From IMG/VR virus record IMGVR_UViG_3300045988_159436: DNA of 64,000 nucleotides; one strand, 5' to 3'. Positions 36,801-44,585 of the stretch are shown piece after piece; within the stretch, counting starts at the first letter, position 1, and each line of letters begins with the position of its first letter. The notes below the pieces were generated by a model that ran no database searches, was not told the origin of the DNA, and saw only the letters and a list, made by a program, of their open reading frames with translations. Made by a program: the position numbers and the translations under genes. This stretch comes from a virus.

Positions 36801-37968
36801 AGAGAAACTTGACCCACATGGAACAGTAGCAACAATTATTTTTCCAGAATTAGCAGATGCAGACCCAAATTCAATTAAGAAGTTAGCACCACATAAAAGA
36901 AATGTGGCTAAGACTGTAGGTTTCGCTCAAATCTAGGGTGAAGTAAAATCCCTCTCAAAACGGTGAAAGCCTAACAGGTTAATACCGTGCCGAACTCTGT
37001 GAAAACAGCGGTGTAGAGACTTATAATGTATCGGCTATGTTAAAACATAAATCAATCGAATACATTTAATGGGGGATAGGAGCAAGCTCCTAAAGGTATA
37101 GTCCGACACTCTTGGCAACAGGAGAAAACAGAATGGTAGATTATGGCGGTTCAAAAATAGCGGTAGCAAGAAATCTAGAGATAGATGAAAAGACCGCACA
37201 AGAATATATAGATAGATATTTTGAAGGTTTTGCAGGGTTAAGAAAATACGATAGAGATTTAATTCAATTTGCTAGAAAGAATGGTTATATAGAAACATTA
37301 TTTTCTGGGCATAAACGTCACTTGTGGGGGATAAATTCCCAAGATGGCAGAACACGTTCATATTATGAGCGGCTAGCAGTTAATTCAAAATCACAAGGGG
37401 CGGCGGCAGATTGCACAACATTAGCACAGATAGATGTGGATAATGATGTAGTATTAAAATCTATTGGTGCAAGACAAATACTTAATGTACACGATAAACT
37501 TTAGTCAAATAACTTGTCGTGTTTAAACTCTTCGATATGCTGGAACGCAAAAATACAGTATTACCAAAGAGTGACAATATACTGTATATCACGAAAGTGT
37601 GTAGCCAATCAGCAGGGAGGAAATGAGAGCATTTCACCCTCACAGACTAACAAAAGCATAGAATAGTAGGAACTGCACATTACTACTATTTGAGAAGTGA
37701 GTAGAGTACGGCTTTGTTGAGATACAAAGTGGGTTGACATCCTTAAATGGAAGCGGGGAGGCATAGTGCAGATGTATGATATAGTCGAGTGTGTTTTTAA
37801 GCATACGTTATGGAGATAGTCATGGTTTGTCCTAAAAAGTTTGCAGAATTATGCAAGCAGAGATTAACTTTTCATATGGAAAATTGTTTACCAAGCAGGG
37901 GTATAAATTTAACAATTCCATTAGAAGCCGTAGGAGATATAGGTAGAACTTATAGTGAAGCAAAATAA
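33809..37968 (+). CDS. family-A DNA polymerase (3'-5' exonuclease + polymerase) in 4 exons, with an in-frame intein in exon 1
   Basis: Exo I motif FFDFETSGLD; after the intein, SSFRLSCSDPN (RLSSSDPNLQNIP motif); exon 2 VAADYHALE (motif A) and KRNVAKTVGF (motif B); exon 3 ...SQGAAADC...NVHD (motif C); exon 4 ...EIVMVCPKK...HMENC...IPLEAVGDIGRTYSEAK matching Pol I C-termini. Exons approximately 33809-36332, 36668-36923, 37131-37495, 37813-37968. Confidence 0.8.
35108..36295 (+). mobile_element. intein (396 aa) with LAGLIDADG homing-endonuclease domain
   Basis: Begins with Cys (CLVANTLIP) directly after HPSFNQNG, ends ...FISHN followed by Thr. Internal FMGMYYADG and FIKGMTLDSY LAGLIDADG-type motifs. 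Confidence 0.75.
36333..36667 (+). mobile_element. group I intron 1 in the polymerase gene (no ORF; boundaries +/- 2 nt)
   Basis: Interrupts the DPN|LQ motif. Contains the S-like core aagatatagtctgaac and paired elements (cgctaggcaag...cctag); exon U before the 5' splice site. Confidence 0.6.
36924..37130 (+). mobile_element. group I intron 2 in the polymerase gene (small, no ORF; boundaries approximate)
   Basis: Interrupts motif B (TVGF | MVDYGGS); contains aaaggtatagtccgac core-like element. Confidence 0.5.
37496..37812 (+). mobile_element. group I intron 3 in the polymerase gene (no ORF)
   Basis: Exon ends VHD (...cacgaT), intron ends ...tatgG, downstream exon starts EIVM. Contains the gatatagtcgag S-like element. 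Confidence 0.65.
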
Positions 37969-37971
37969 TGC

Positions 37972-38000
37972 TTGACAAAAATAAGATTATGTGGTATAAT
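37972..38000 (+). promoter_or_regulatory. sigma-A promoter (TTGACA-17-TGgTATAAT), overlapping the polymerase stop
   Basis: -35 at 37972-77, -10 at 37995-38000. Confidence 0.6.
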
Positions 38001-38015
38001 AAGGAGGTAAAGAAT

Positions 38016-38390
38016 ATGACAATTAAAGTAGGTGGACAGATGGCAGATGATTTAGTTTACCGAGGAGATGCTTCTTCTTCTAAAACATCTTCTGGTGAAT
38101 ATGAAGAAGTTTTAAAACTTTTAGAAGCTCAGGTAGGAATGCTTGAAGACATAAATAATCGTTTACAAAAGTGTGTTGTTGGGGAGACCATTTCAGTTGA
38201 AAGTGTAGCCCCAGAAGGGTTAGTACCAAATGTTCTTGGTATACGTTTAAGTAGATTAGAGGATAAGTTAGAAGTTATTATTAGAGATTATTCTGATTGT
38301 GTTGATGTAATTGAAGAGAAATTAGGCAAGATGACATTACAGGGGGGATACTTTGCCAGATTTAAAGCAGTTAGTAAAGACTATAAATAA
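38016..38390 (+). CDS. hypothetical protein
   Basis: RBS aaggaggtaaagaatATG. ORF-track start 37968 lies upstream of the predicted transcription start. Confidence 0.4.
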   Translation: MTIKVGGQMADDLVYRGDASSSKTSSGEYEEVLKLLEAQVGMLEDINNRLQKCVVGETISVESVAPEGLVPNVLGIRLSRLEDKLEVIIRDYSDCVDVIEEKLGKMTLQGGYFARFKAVSKDYK

Positions 38391-39444
38391 AGCGCATGGT
38401 AAGAACGCTATACGTTTAGGGGCAACTATTAAAGAGCAGATGTCCTATAAGATTTCAACAGGTAGTGTGGCTTTAGATTATGTAATTGGTGGTGGAATAC
38501 CTTCTGGAAGATTAATAACTATTGCAGGAGCTTATTCTACTGGTAAATCATTATTAGCTTATAAGATGATTGCTAATGTTCAAAAAATGAAAAAGAAACT
38601 TGTTACAGTTGATGGCGAAGATATAGAAATTGTAGCAGAAGATGGTGATATTCCTTTAACTTGTGCTTTGATACAAACGGAACAAGGTAGTCTTACAAAA
38701 GAATGGGCAATAGAAAACGGCATAGATTTAGAGTCACTTTTATTTTGCCAACCTGATGGAATGGAAGAAGCTTTAGATATAGCTATAGCCTTGCAGAGAG
38801 CAGGAGTAGAATTGATTGTTATTGATTCTTATGCCGCTTTACTACCTACTAAAGTATTAACTTCTGACTTTGATGAAAGCTATCAAATGGGAATCAAGCC
38901 TAAAATGTTAGGTGAGTATCATGGTAAATTTCAGTTGTTTAATAATGCATTAGAGCGAGAAGGAAAACTTCCTTCTACGGTTGTTGCAATTAATCAGTTG
39001 AGAGAGAAAATTGGCGTGATGTATGGAAGTCCAGAGTATACAACAGGTGGTAGAAGCACTGGATTTACAAATACTTTAGAGATTAGATTACGTATGGGTG
39101 ATACTATTGCAGTAGGTAGTGGAGAAACAAAAAGAATTGTAGGTAAGACAATCAAATTTAGAATCGAGAAAAATAAAGCTGGCGTTCCTTATGGAACAGG
39201 TGAGTATGATATTTATACAGACACTTGTGATTATATTCAAAGAGGGGATATTGATAACGAAAAAGCATTAATTATGATTGCAGTATTGTTAGGAATAGTT
39301 GAGCGCAGAGGTGGCTGGTATTACTATAATGGTGAGCAGTTATCACAGGGGCAAGATAATTTAATTAAATTATTGCGTTCTAACAGAGCTTTATTTGAAG
39401 AGATAAGGGAAAAGGTGTTAACATCAGATGAGCATATACAATAG
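38353..39444 (+). CDS. recA: RecA-family recombinase
   Basis: GGIPSGRLITIAGAYSTGKS (Walker A) and AINQLREKIGVMYGSPEYTTGG match RecA core motifs. TTG start with RBS aggggggata. Confidence 0.8.
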   Translation: MPDLKQLVKTINKAHGKNAIRLGATIKEQMSYKISTGSVALDYVIGGGIPSGRLITIAGAYSTGKSLLAYKMIANVQKMKKKLVTVDGEDIEIVAEDGDIPLTCALIQTEQGSLTKEWAIENGIDLESLLFCQPDGMEEALDIAIALQRAGVELIVIDSYAALLPTKVLTSDFDESYQMGIKPKMLGEYHGKFQLFNNALEREGKLPSTVVAINQLREKIGVMYGSPEYTTGGRSTGFTNTLEIRLRMGDTIAVGSGETKRIVGKTIKFRIEKNKAGVPYGTGEYDIYTDTCDYIQRGDIDNEKALIMIAVLLGIVERRGGWYYYNGEQLSQGQDNLIKLLRSNRALFEEIREKVLTSDEHIQ

Positions 39445-39628
39445 AGGCTATAACTCTTTTTTATATGATATTCTGGTAAGGCGAGGGTATTATACAGCTT
39501 CTTGTCATAATTGTTGGTTTTATGACAGAGGCTGTATTAATACAGATGTTACAGAGTATGATTTAATTAAGGGTGAAGAAACATATTGTATCTTTTGGAA
39601 GCCACCACCAGTACAAGGGAATAGGTGA
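39428..39628 (+). CDS. small Cys-rich protein
   Basis: CHNC...C...C pattern. Confidence 0.3.
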   Translation: MSIYNRGYNSFLYDILVRRGYYTASCHNCWFYDRGCINTDVTEYDLIKGEETYCIFWKPPPVQGNR

Positions 39629-40161
39629 TAAAAAGCATGGTGAGAAAAGGAACAACAAAGTACAAAAGTAACAAACAAGAAAAAGATGTAGCAAAAATAT
39701 TAGGTGGAAAAACAGTAATGGCTAGTGGCTCTTTATGGCAAGCTAAGGGTGATGTAAGAACATCAAGATACTTAGTTGAGTGTAAGACTACTGATAAAGA
39801 TTTCTATAAGCTGGAACAAAAGATTTTAGCTAAAATTGCAAAGGAAGCTATAAAGGACGGACTAAGAAGCCCTCTATTAGTTTTTGATTGCAAGAATGAG
39901 AGATTTGTAGTCTTTAGAGTAAAGGACTGTTCGTTAAAAGCCTCTTTAATCTTTAAATTATTTAAAGTAAAGGTTATTGATACTTTAGTAAAAGGTAGAA
40001 GTATAGCTTTAGACTATAAAGAAGATTTAAAGAGTTTAAATAAAAATGAGAATGCTATAGGATTTAGTGTTCATAACTATAGATTAGTTCCTGAAACTTG
40101 GTTTTTAGTTTCAGAAGAAGTATTCTTAAAAAATGAAAGAGTATTATACGAGGTTATGTAA
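39625..40161 (+). CDS. putative PD-(D/E)xK nuclease
   Basis: GDV...YLVECKTT D..ExK-like motif. Confidence 0.3.
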   Translation: MIKSMVRKGTTKYKSNKQEKDVAKILGGKTVMASGSLWQAKGDVRTSRYLVECKTTDKDFYKLEQKILAKIAKEAIKDGLRSPLLVFDCKNERFVVFRVKDCSLKASLIFKLFKVKVIDTLVKGRSIALDYKEDLKSLNKNENAIGFSVHNYRLVPETWFLVSEEVFLKNERVLYEVM

Positions 40162-41027
40162 TGAAGCGGTTAAAAGTAAGAGGTTCAGCTACTAGCCTGT
40201 TTTCTATTATGAAGGGGTCAAATTGCCCTTTAACAACAGCAATAGACTCTTATTTATTAACTGAAAAAGATGATGAAGGAAGAAAACATGGCTTTAATAG
40301 TCCTAGTGGGATAAAAGATTGTGTAAGGTCTCTTTATTATGTTAGAAAGTCTTATGATTGCACAAATGTAATTAAGCCAAGAACAAAACGAGTGTTTCAT
40401 AATGGCAAAGATGTTCACACTAGGATACAGAATTGTTTAGTAAGGTCTGGGTTATTGTTGCAAGAAGAACCACCAGTATTTAATGTAGAGCTACAAATAT
40501 TAGGAAATGCAGATGGATTGGCTTTGATTAATGGACGTTTAGGTGTATTAGAAATAAAGTCAATTAATCATTGTGAATATGTAGGGTTAATAGAGCCAAA
40601 ACCAGAGCATATAAGACAGGCTTCAATTTATATGTATTGTTTTGAGACGATAAGGCAAGCAATGCAGAGCGAGGATTTTTGTGGAGAAGAACTTGCTAAT
40701 AAATATTACTTATCTTTAGATAAATCTTTAAAAGTAAAAGAGCGGAAGAGCAGGAAACAGGGATTTTTAAGAATGTTAGGTCTTATAGAAGACTACAAAG
40801 ACACTCCAATAGATAGTATTGATTTTTTGTACGAGAATAAAAACACACAAGAGATTAAAGAATTTATTGTTTATTGGGATGAAAATATCATGCAAGAGAT
40901 AAAAAATAAATACACATTTTTGAATGAGTGTGTAGCAAAAAACAAAATACCTGATAGACCAGAAGGTAGTACCAAAAGCGGTAGTTGTAAAAACTGTAAA
41001 TATAAAGGAGTGTGTTATAGTGAATAA
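40161..41027 (+). CDS. Cas4/RecB-family exonuclease with C-terminal Fe-S cysteines
   Basis: ADGLAL...LEIKS (D-ExK) and C-terminal SCKNCKYKGVCY cysteine cluster. Confidence 0.55.
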   Translation: MKRLKVRGSATSLFSIMKGSNCPLTTAIDSYLLTEKDDEGRKHGFNSPSGIKDCVRSLYYVRKSYDCTNVIKPRTKRVFHNGKDVHTRIQNCLVRSGLLLQEEPPVFNVELQILGNADGLALINGRLGVLEIKSINHCEYVGLIEPKPEHIRQASIYMYCFETIRQAMQSEDFCGEELANKYYLSLDKSLKVKERKSRKQGFLRMLGLIEDYKDTPIDSIDFLYENKNTQEIKEFIVYWDENIMQEIKNKYTFLNECVAKNKIPDRPEGSTKSGSCKNCKYKGVCYSE

Positions 41028-41259
41028 AATTCTTTCTAAGGTATTTTATGGATTAGGCATGTTATTAGGGGTAATAGTAATGTCTATTGTTTGTGTGGCT
41101 TTCAGTTTTTGTTTCTGTGTAGTGCCTTATTTAATATATACTTTTTTGCCAGTAACACTTAGTCCAGTTTTAATTTGGCTATTTGGCGCAATTTATTTAG
41201 TTACTGCTTTTTTATGCCTTTATAACTTTATGGTTCGGGGCAAAGCTTTTAACTTATGA
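41020..41259 (+). CDS. small membrane protein (2 TM)
   Basis: Two hydrophobic helices. Confidence 0.35.
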   Translation: MNKILSKVFYGLGMLLGVIVMSIVCVAFSFCFCVVPYLIYTFLPVTLSPVLIWLFGAIYLVTAFLCLYNFMVRGKAFNL

Positions 41260-41807
41260 AAGTATGGCAAATATTTAAAGAGTATGCTTGGATATTATGC
41301 ATTTTTTTAAGTGTAGCGTGTTTTTATTTTTATAACAAACCGCCAGAGATTATTTATAAATCAGCAGTAAATATTGATAATGGCGAATTAACAGTTGAGG
41401 ATATAAAACGTCCTCAAATTACATTAGATTCAAGTATTAAGGAACAAGCGAAAGTTCAAGTAATAGAAAAAAAAGATGAAACAGAAGCGGATTTAAATAT
41501 AAAAGATAATTATAAATTTAAAGCTAATATAAATGGTAAAGAGATTGAAATTGTTCCTGATACTAAAGAAAATTTTGAGTTTAAAAAAGATGCTGTTAAT
41601 ATAGATAGAGATATAGAGATAGAATATAAAATTAAGACAACAACATTACAGCCTAATTTTGGTTTAGGATTGGGAATTGATTTTAATGGGAATCCAGCAA
41701 TGAGTGCAAACGTGAAGCTTAAAAAAGCACCAGTATACTTTTGGGGAGCATCAAACTTCAAAGATTCGCATATGATAGGAGTAGGTATTTATGGTGACTT
41801 TAATTGA
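41256..41807 (+). CDS. hypothetical protein with N-terminal TM
   Basis: ATGA overlap with the previous gene. Confidence 0.4.
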   Translation: MKVWQIFKEYAWILCIFLSVACFYFYNKPPEIIYKSAVNIDNGELTVEDIKRPQITLDSSIKEQAKVQVIEKKDETEADLNIKDNYKFKANINGKEIEIVPDTKENFEFKKDAVNIDRDIEIEYKIKTTTLQPNFGLGLGIDFNGNPAMSANVKLKKAPVYFWGASNFKDSHMIGVGIYGDFN

Positions 41808-42273
41808 CAAGATTGAAAATCAACTTTCACAAGAAGGTGTACCCCCTTTCTCCAATGAGAATATTGAAAGAGACTATTTAAAATTGCCAAGATATTTAGA
41901 TGAGTTACCTGCCGCTGAAATAGGAAGGTATCTTCATGCTACAGTACAGCAAAGGGTATATGTAAGAACGCTTATATCTCAAACAAGAGCGTATTTAAGG
42001 GAAGCACAGAGTCAGTTAAATATGGAAAAAGCTTTAATTTATAAAAGTTTTCCAGTAAAAATGAGTCTTACAGAAAAAGAATTAAAACTTGCAGAATATC
42101 CTTCCGCTAAAGAGGCAATGGAAAGGGTGATATATTTGCAAGAAAGACTTGATTATTTAAAAGATGTATTAGATAGCTTAGAAGATTTAAAATTTAATAT
42201 TAGTAGAGAGTTGTCTAGACGTGGAGTAGACTTTACAGATGCCAACAGAAGTGCTAGGGTTGGTGTAGAGTGA
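41791..42273 (+). CDS. hypothetical protein
   Basis: ORF overlapping the previous gene end. Confidence 0.4.
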   Translation: MVTLIDKIENQLSQEGVPPFSNENIERDYLKLPRYLDELPAAEIGRYLHATVQQRVYVRTLISQTRAYLREAQSQLNMEKALIYKSFPVKMSLTEKELKLAEYPSAKEAMERVIYLQERLDYLKDVLDSLEDLKFNISRELSRRGVDFTDANRSARVGVE

Positions 42274-42800
42274 AGCAAGTAGATGTTCTTAAAGAACGGT
42301 TAGAACTTTTAAAAAGATATGAACCTGATTCGAAAGAAATAGTAGAGTTAGAAAATCGGATTAAATTAAGCAAAAAAGCTAAATCCAGTAGGAGAAAAGG
42401 GGCATCTTATGAATCAAAGGTAAGGAAGCTTTTGGGCGAAAGATTTCCTGATTTAGATTTTTCAAGAGTTCCTTCCAGTGGTGGATTTCAAAAATCCTCA
42501 GCCAATACTTTGTTAAGAGGGGACTTAGTTAATCTAAATGAAGATTATGATTTCAAATTACATTTAGAACTAAAAAATCAAAATAGATGGCAAGTTAATA
42601 CATGGTTTGAGCAAGCTGAAAGCGATTGTATTGAAGGTAAATTACCTATAGTTATTATGCATAGAACGCAGAAAAATGAAAATGGCAAGCGAATAGCAGA
42701 AGCAGATGATTTTGTATTTTTACGTTTAAAAGATTTTTTAGATATTTTAGATGATGGAAAAATAATCAAAAAATGTCTTGACAAAAAGACAAAAATGTGA
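42270..42800 (+). CDS. putative PD-(D/E)xK nuclease / resolvase-like
   Basis: GDLVNL...LHLELK motif. Confidence 0.3.
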   Translation: MKQVDVLKERLELLKRYEPDSKEIVELENRIKLSKKAKSSRRKGASYESKVRKLLGERFPDLDFSRVPSSGGFQKSSANTLLRGDLVNLNEDYDFKLHLELKNQNRWQVNTWFEQAESDCIEGKLPIVIMHRTQKNENGKRIAEADDFVFLRLKDFLDILDDGKIIKKCLDKKTKM

Positions 42801-42806
42801 TATAAT
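42778..42806 (+). promoter_or_regulatory. sigma-A promoter (TTGACA-17-TGaTATAAT)
   Basis: -35 at 42778-83, -10 at 42801-06. Confidence 0.6.
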
Positions 42807-42867
42807 AACATTTGTAATAATTTTAAAAAAGCCTATAAAGGGCTATAAAAGGAAAGAGGAAGATAGA

Positions 42868-43428
42868 ATGGAAAAAACAGCTTTATTTAAAGTTTCTTCA
42901 ACAAGTAATGCAAAAAGTGTAGCAGGCTCAATCAGCCACACATTGAAAGGTGACGGAGATACAGCACCAAAAGATGTAGTATTGCAAGCAATCGGAGCTA
43001 AAGGCTAATTGGCTCCCATCACAGTGATGTGATGAAAAATAGCGGGGAAGAAAACTGGAAAGCTGAGAAGCTAATCAGATTGGAAGGTTTAGTTTAAAAG
43101 CTAAACCACAAGCAGAGCATAGACAGTGAACCTCTTAGAGAATATAATCTGTCCACGAGTCCCCGCCGCTTATAACGAGGTTATTCGAGCGTTATAAGAT
43201 GAAAAGATATGCCGAACTAACAGGAAACGAACTGTTAGAAGTAGAGGATAAAAAGCCTTTACGATAACATAATTGAGTGCCATTAATCAAACATGTAAAG
43301 CTATTGCTATTTCAAGAGGGCATTTAGCTGTGGCAGGATACGATGTAGTTACTAGAATTGGATTTGACGTTGTTGAAATTGATGGTGAAGAACGTACAAT
43401 TTTGAAATTCTTCGTATCATTGAGATAA
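42868..43428 (+). CDS. spoVS: SpoVS homologue, split by an intervening sequence
   Basis: Exon 1 (42868 to about 43005) MEKTALFKVSSTSNAKSVAGSISHTL...VVLQAIGAKG and exon 2 (about 43276-43428) AINQTCKAIAISRGHLAVAGYDVVTRIGFDVVEIDGEERTILKF align along the full length of B. subtilis SpoVS (...SVAGALAGVL...IQAIGAGALNQAVKAVAIARG...IDGEERTAIKLIV). Confidence 0.65.
43007..43275 (+). mobile_element. probable group I intron in the spoVS-like gene (no ORF; boundaries approximate)
   Basis: A ~270-nt non-coding insert exactly between conserved SpoVS residues; contains agaatataatctgtcc core-like element. Confidence 0.45.
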
Positions 43429-43452
43429 CTCTGACTAGAGTATAACAGTCAT

Positions 43453-43480
43453 AGCCCACCTAAATGGTGGGCTTTTATTT
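43453..43480 (+). terminator. rho-independent terminator (agcccacc-taaa-ggtgggct + T-run)
   Basis: GC-rich stem followed by ttttatttt. Confidence 0.65.
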
Positions 43481-43494
43481 TAAGGAGGCATACT

Positions 43495-43878
43495 ATGAAC
43501 CAAGAACTCACATTAGCAGTTAGCAGTAGTTTTGAAGCCGCTCATCATTTAGTAAATCCAACAGCATTTAATGAAAAATGCCTTAAACTACATGGACATT
43601 CTTATAAGTATACTATCTTTTTAAAAGGAGAAGTACAAGATGGTGGTATGGTAGAAGATTTTGGAGCTATAAAGAGATATATTATAAATGAAATAACAAA
43701 GCTCTATGACCATTCAGATTTAAACAGATTTTTTTATAATCCTACCGCAGAAATGTTAGTTTTAGATATGGCATGGAGAGTAGAAGCCTTAATAGAGGAT
43801 AATAGTTTAAAAGTTAAACTGACCAAAATAGAATTAGCCGAAACGGATAATAATAGGGTAATATGGGAGTCACAGTAA
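43495..43878 (+). CDS. queD: 6-carboxy-5,6,7,8-tetrahydropterin synthase QueD
   Basis: CLKLHGHSY (CxxxHGH) plus the N-terminal EAAHHL motif. Confidence 0.7.
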   Translation: MNQELTLAVSSSFEAAHHLVNPTAFNEKCLKLHGHSYKYTIFLKGEVQDGGMVEDFGAIKRYIINEITKLYDHSDLNRFFYNPTAEMLVLDMAWRVEALIEDNSLKVKLTKIELAETDNNRVIWESQ

Positions 43879-44535
43879 ATGTATATTACAGAGATTTTTA
43901 GTAGTATTCAAGGTGAGGGGAAGTATACAGGCTATCCTACTACCTTTGTTAGATTATTTGGTTGCAATTTATTTGAGATGTCTCCTAGCTATGCTTGTAA
44001 GTATTGTGATGAGAAACATTCAATGACAGGCAAACGAATAAAGATGCATTTAGGATTGGTAATGGATAAGATAGGGGCATTAGGAAATAAATATGTTTGT
44101 ATTACAGGTGGAGAACCTTTAATGCAGGAAGAAACTATGCCTTTAGTTTATGAATTATTGTATAATGATTATATTGTTACAGTAGAAACAAATGGGACAA
44201 TTCCTATAGAGCATTGTGAATATGTAAGAAGTTATTCATATTGTATGGATGTTAAATTACCTAGTAGCAGAACAGTATTAGCACCAGATTTAAATTGTTA
44301 TAAGAATTTAGGAGAGCTAAAAGTAAATGATGAAGTTAAGTTTGTTATTTCTAATATCCATGATTATGAAGAAGCAAAACGGATTTTAAAGAAATATAAA
44401 ACTAAAGCAAGCCTTATTTTTTCTCCTGTGAATTGTGATTTAGAATTAGCAAGAGAAATAATGGGTTGGTTAATGAAAGATAAACTAAAAGCTAAATTAG
44501 GATTACAAATACATAAATTATTAGAAATTAAATAG
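43879..44535 (+). CDS. queE: 7-carboxy-7-deazaguanine synthase QueE (radical SAM)
   Basis: EIFSSIQGEGKYTGYPTTFVRLFGCN...C..CD N-terminal signature. Confidence 0.7.
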   Translation: MYITEIFSSIQGEGKYTGYPTTFVRLFGCNLFEMSPSYACKYCDEKHSMTGKRIKMHLGLVMDKIGALGNKYVCITGGEPLMQEETMPLVYELLYNDYIVTVETNGTIPIEHCEYVRSYSYCMDVKLPSSRTVLAPDLNCYKNLGELKVNDEVKFVISNIHDYEEAKRILKKYKTKASLIFSPVNCDLELAREIMGWLMKDKLKAKLGLQIHKLLEIK

Positions 44536-44545
44536 TAAAAATCTG

Positions 44546-44574
44546 TTGACAAATATGGATTTTTATGGTATAAT
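44546..44574 (+). promoter_or_regulatory. sigma-A promoter (TTGACA-17-TGgTATAAT)
   Basis: -35 at 44546-51, -10 at 44569-74. Confidence 0.6.
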
Positions 44575-44585
44575 GGGAGTATAGT

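Noticed and set aside
36691-37504. ORFs 36691-36936 and 37112-37504 as stand-alone genes
   Set aside because: They contain Pol I motifs A/B and C respectively and are flanked by group-I-like non-coding inserts, so they are exons of the polymerase gene.
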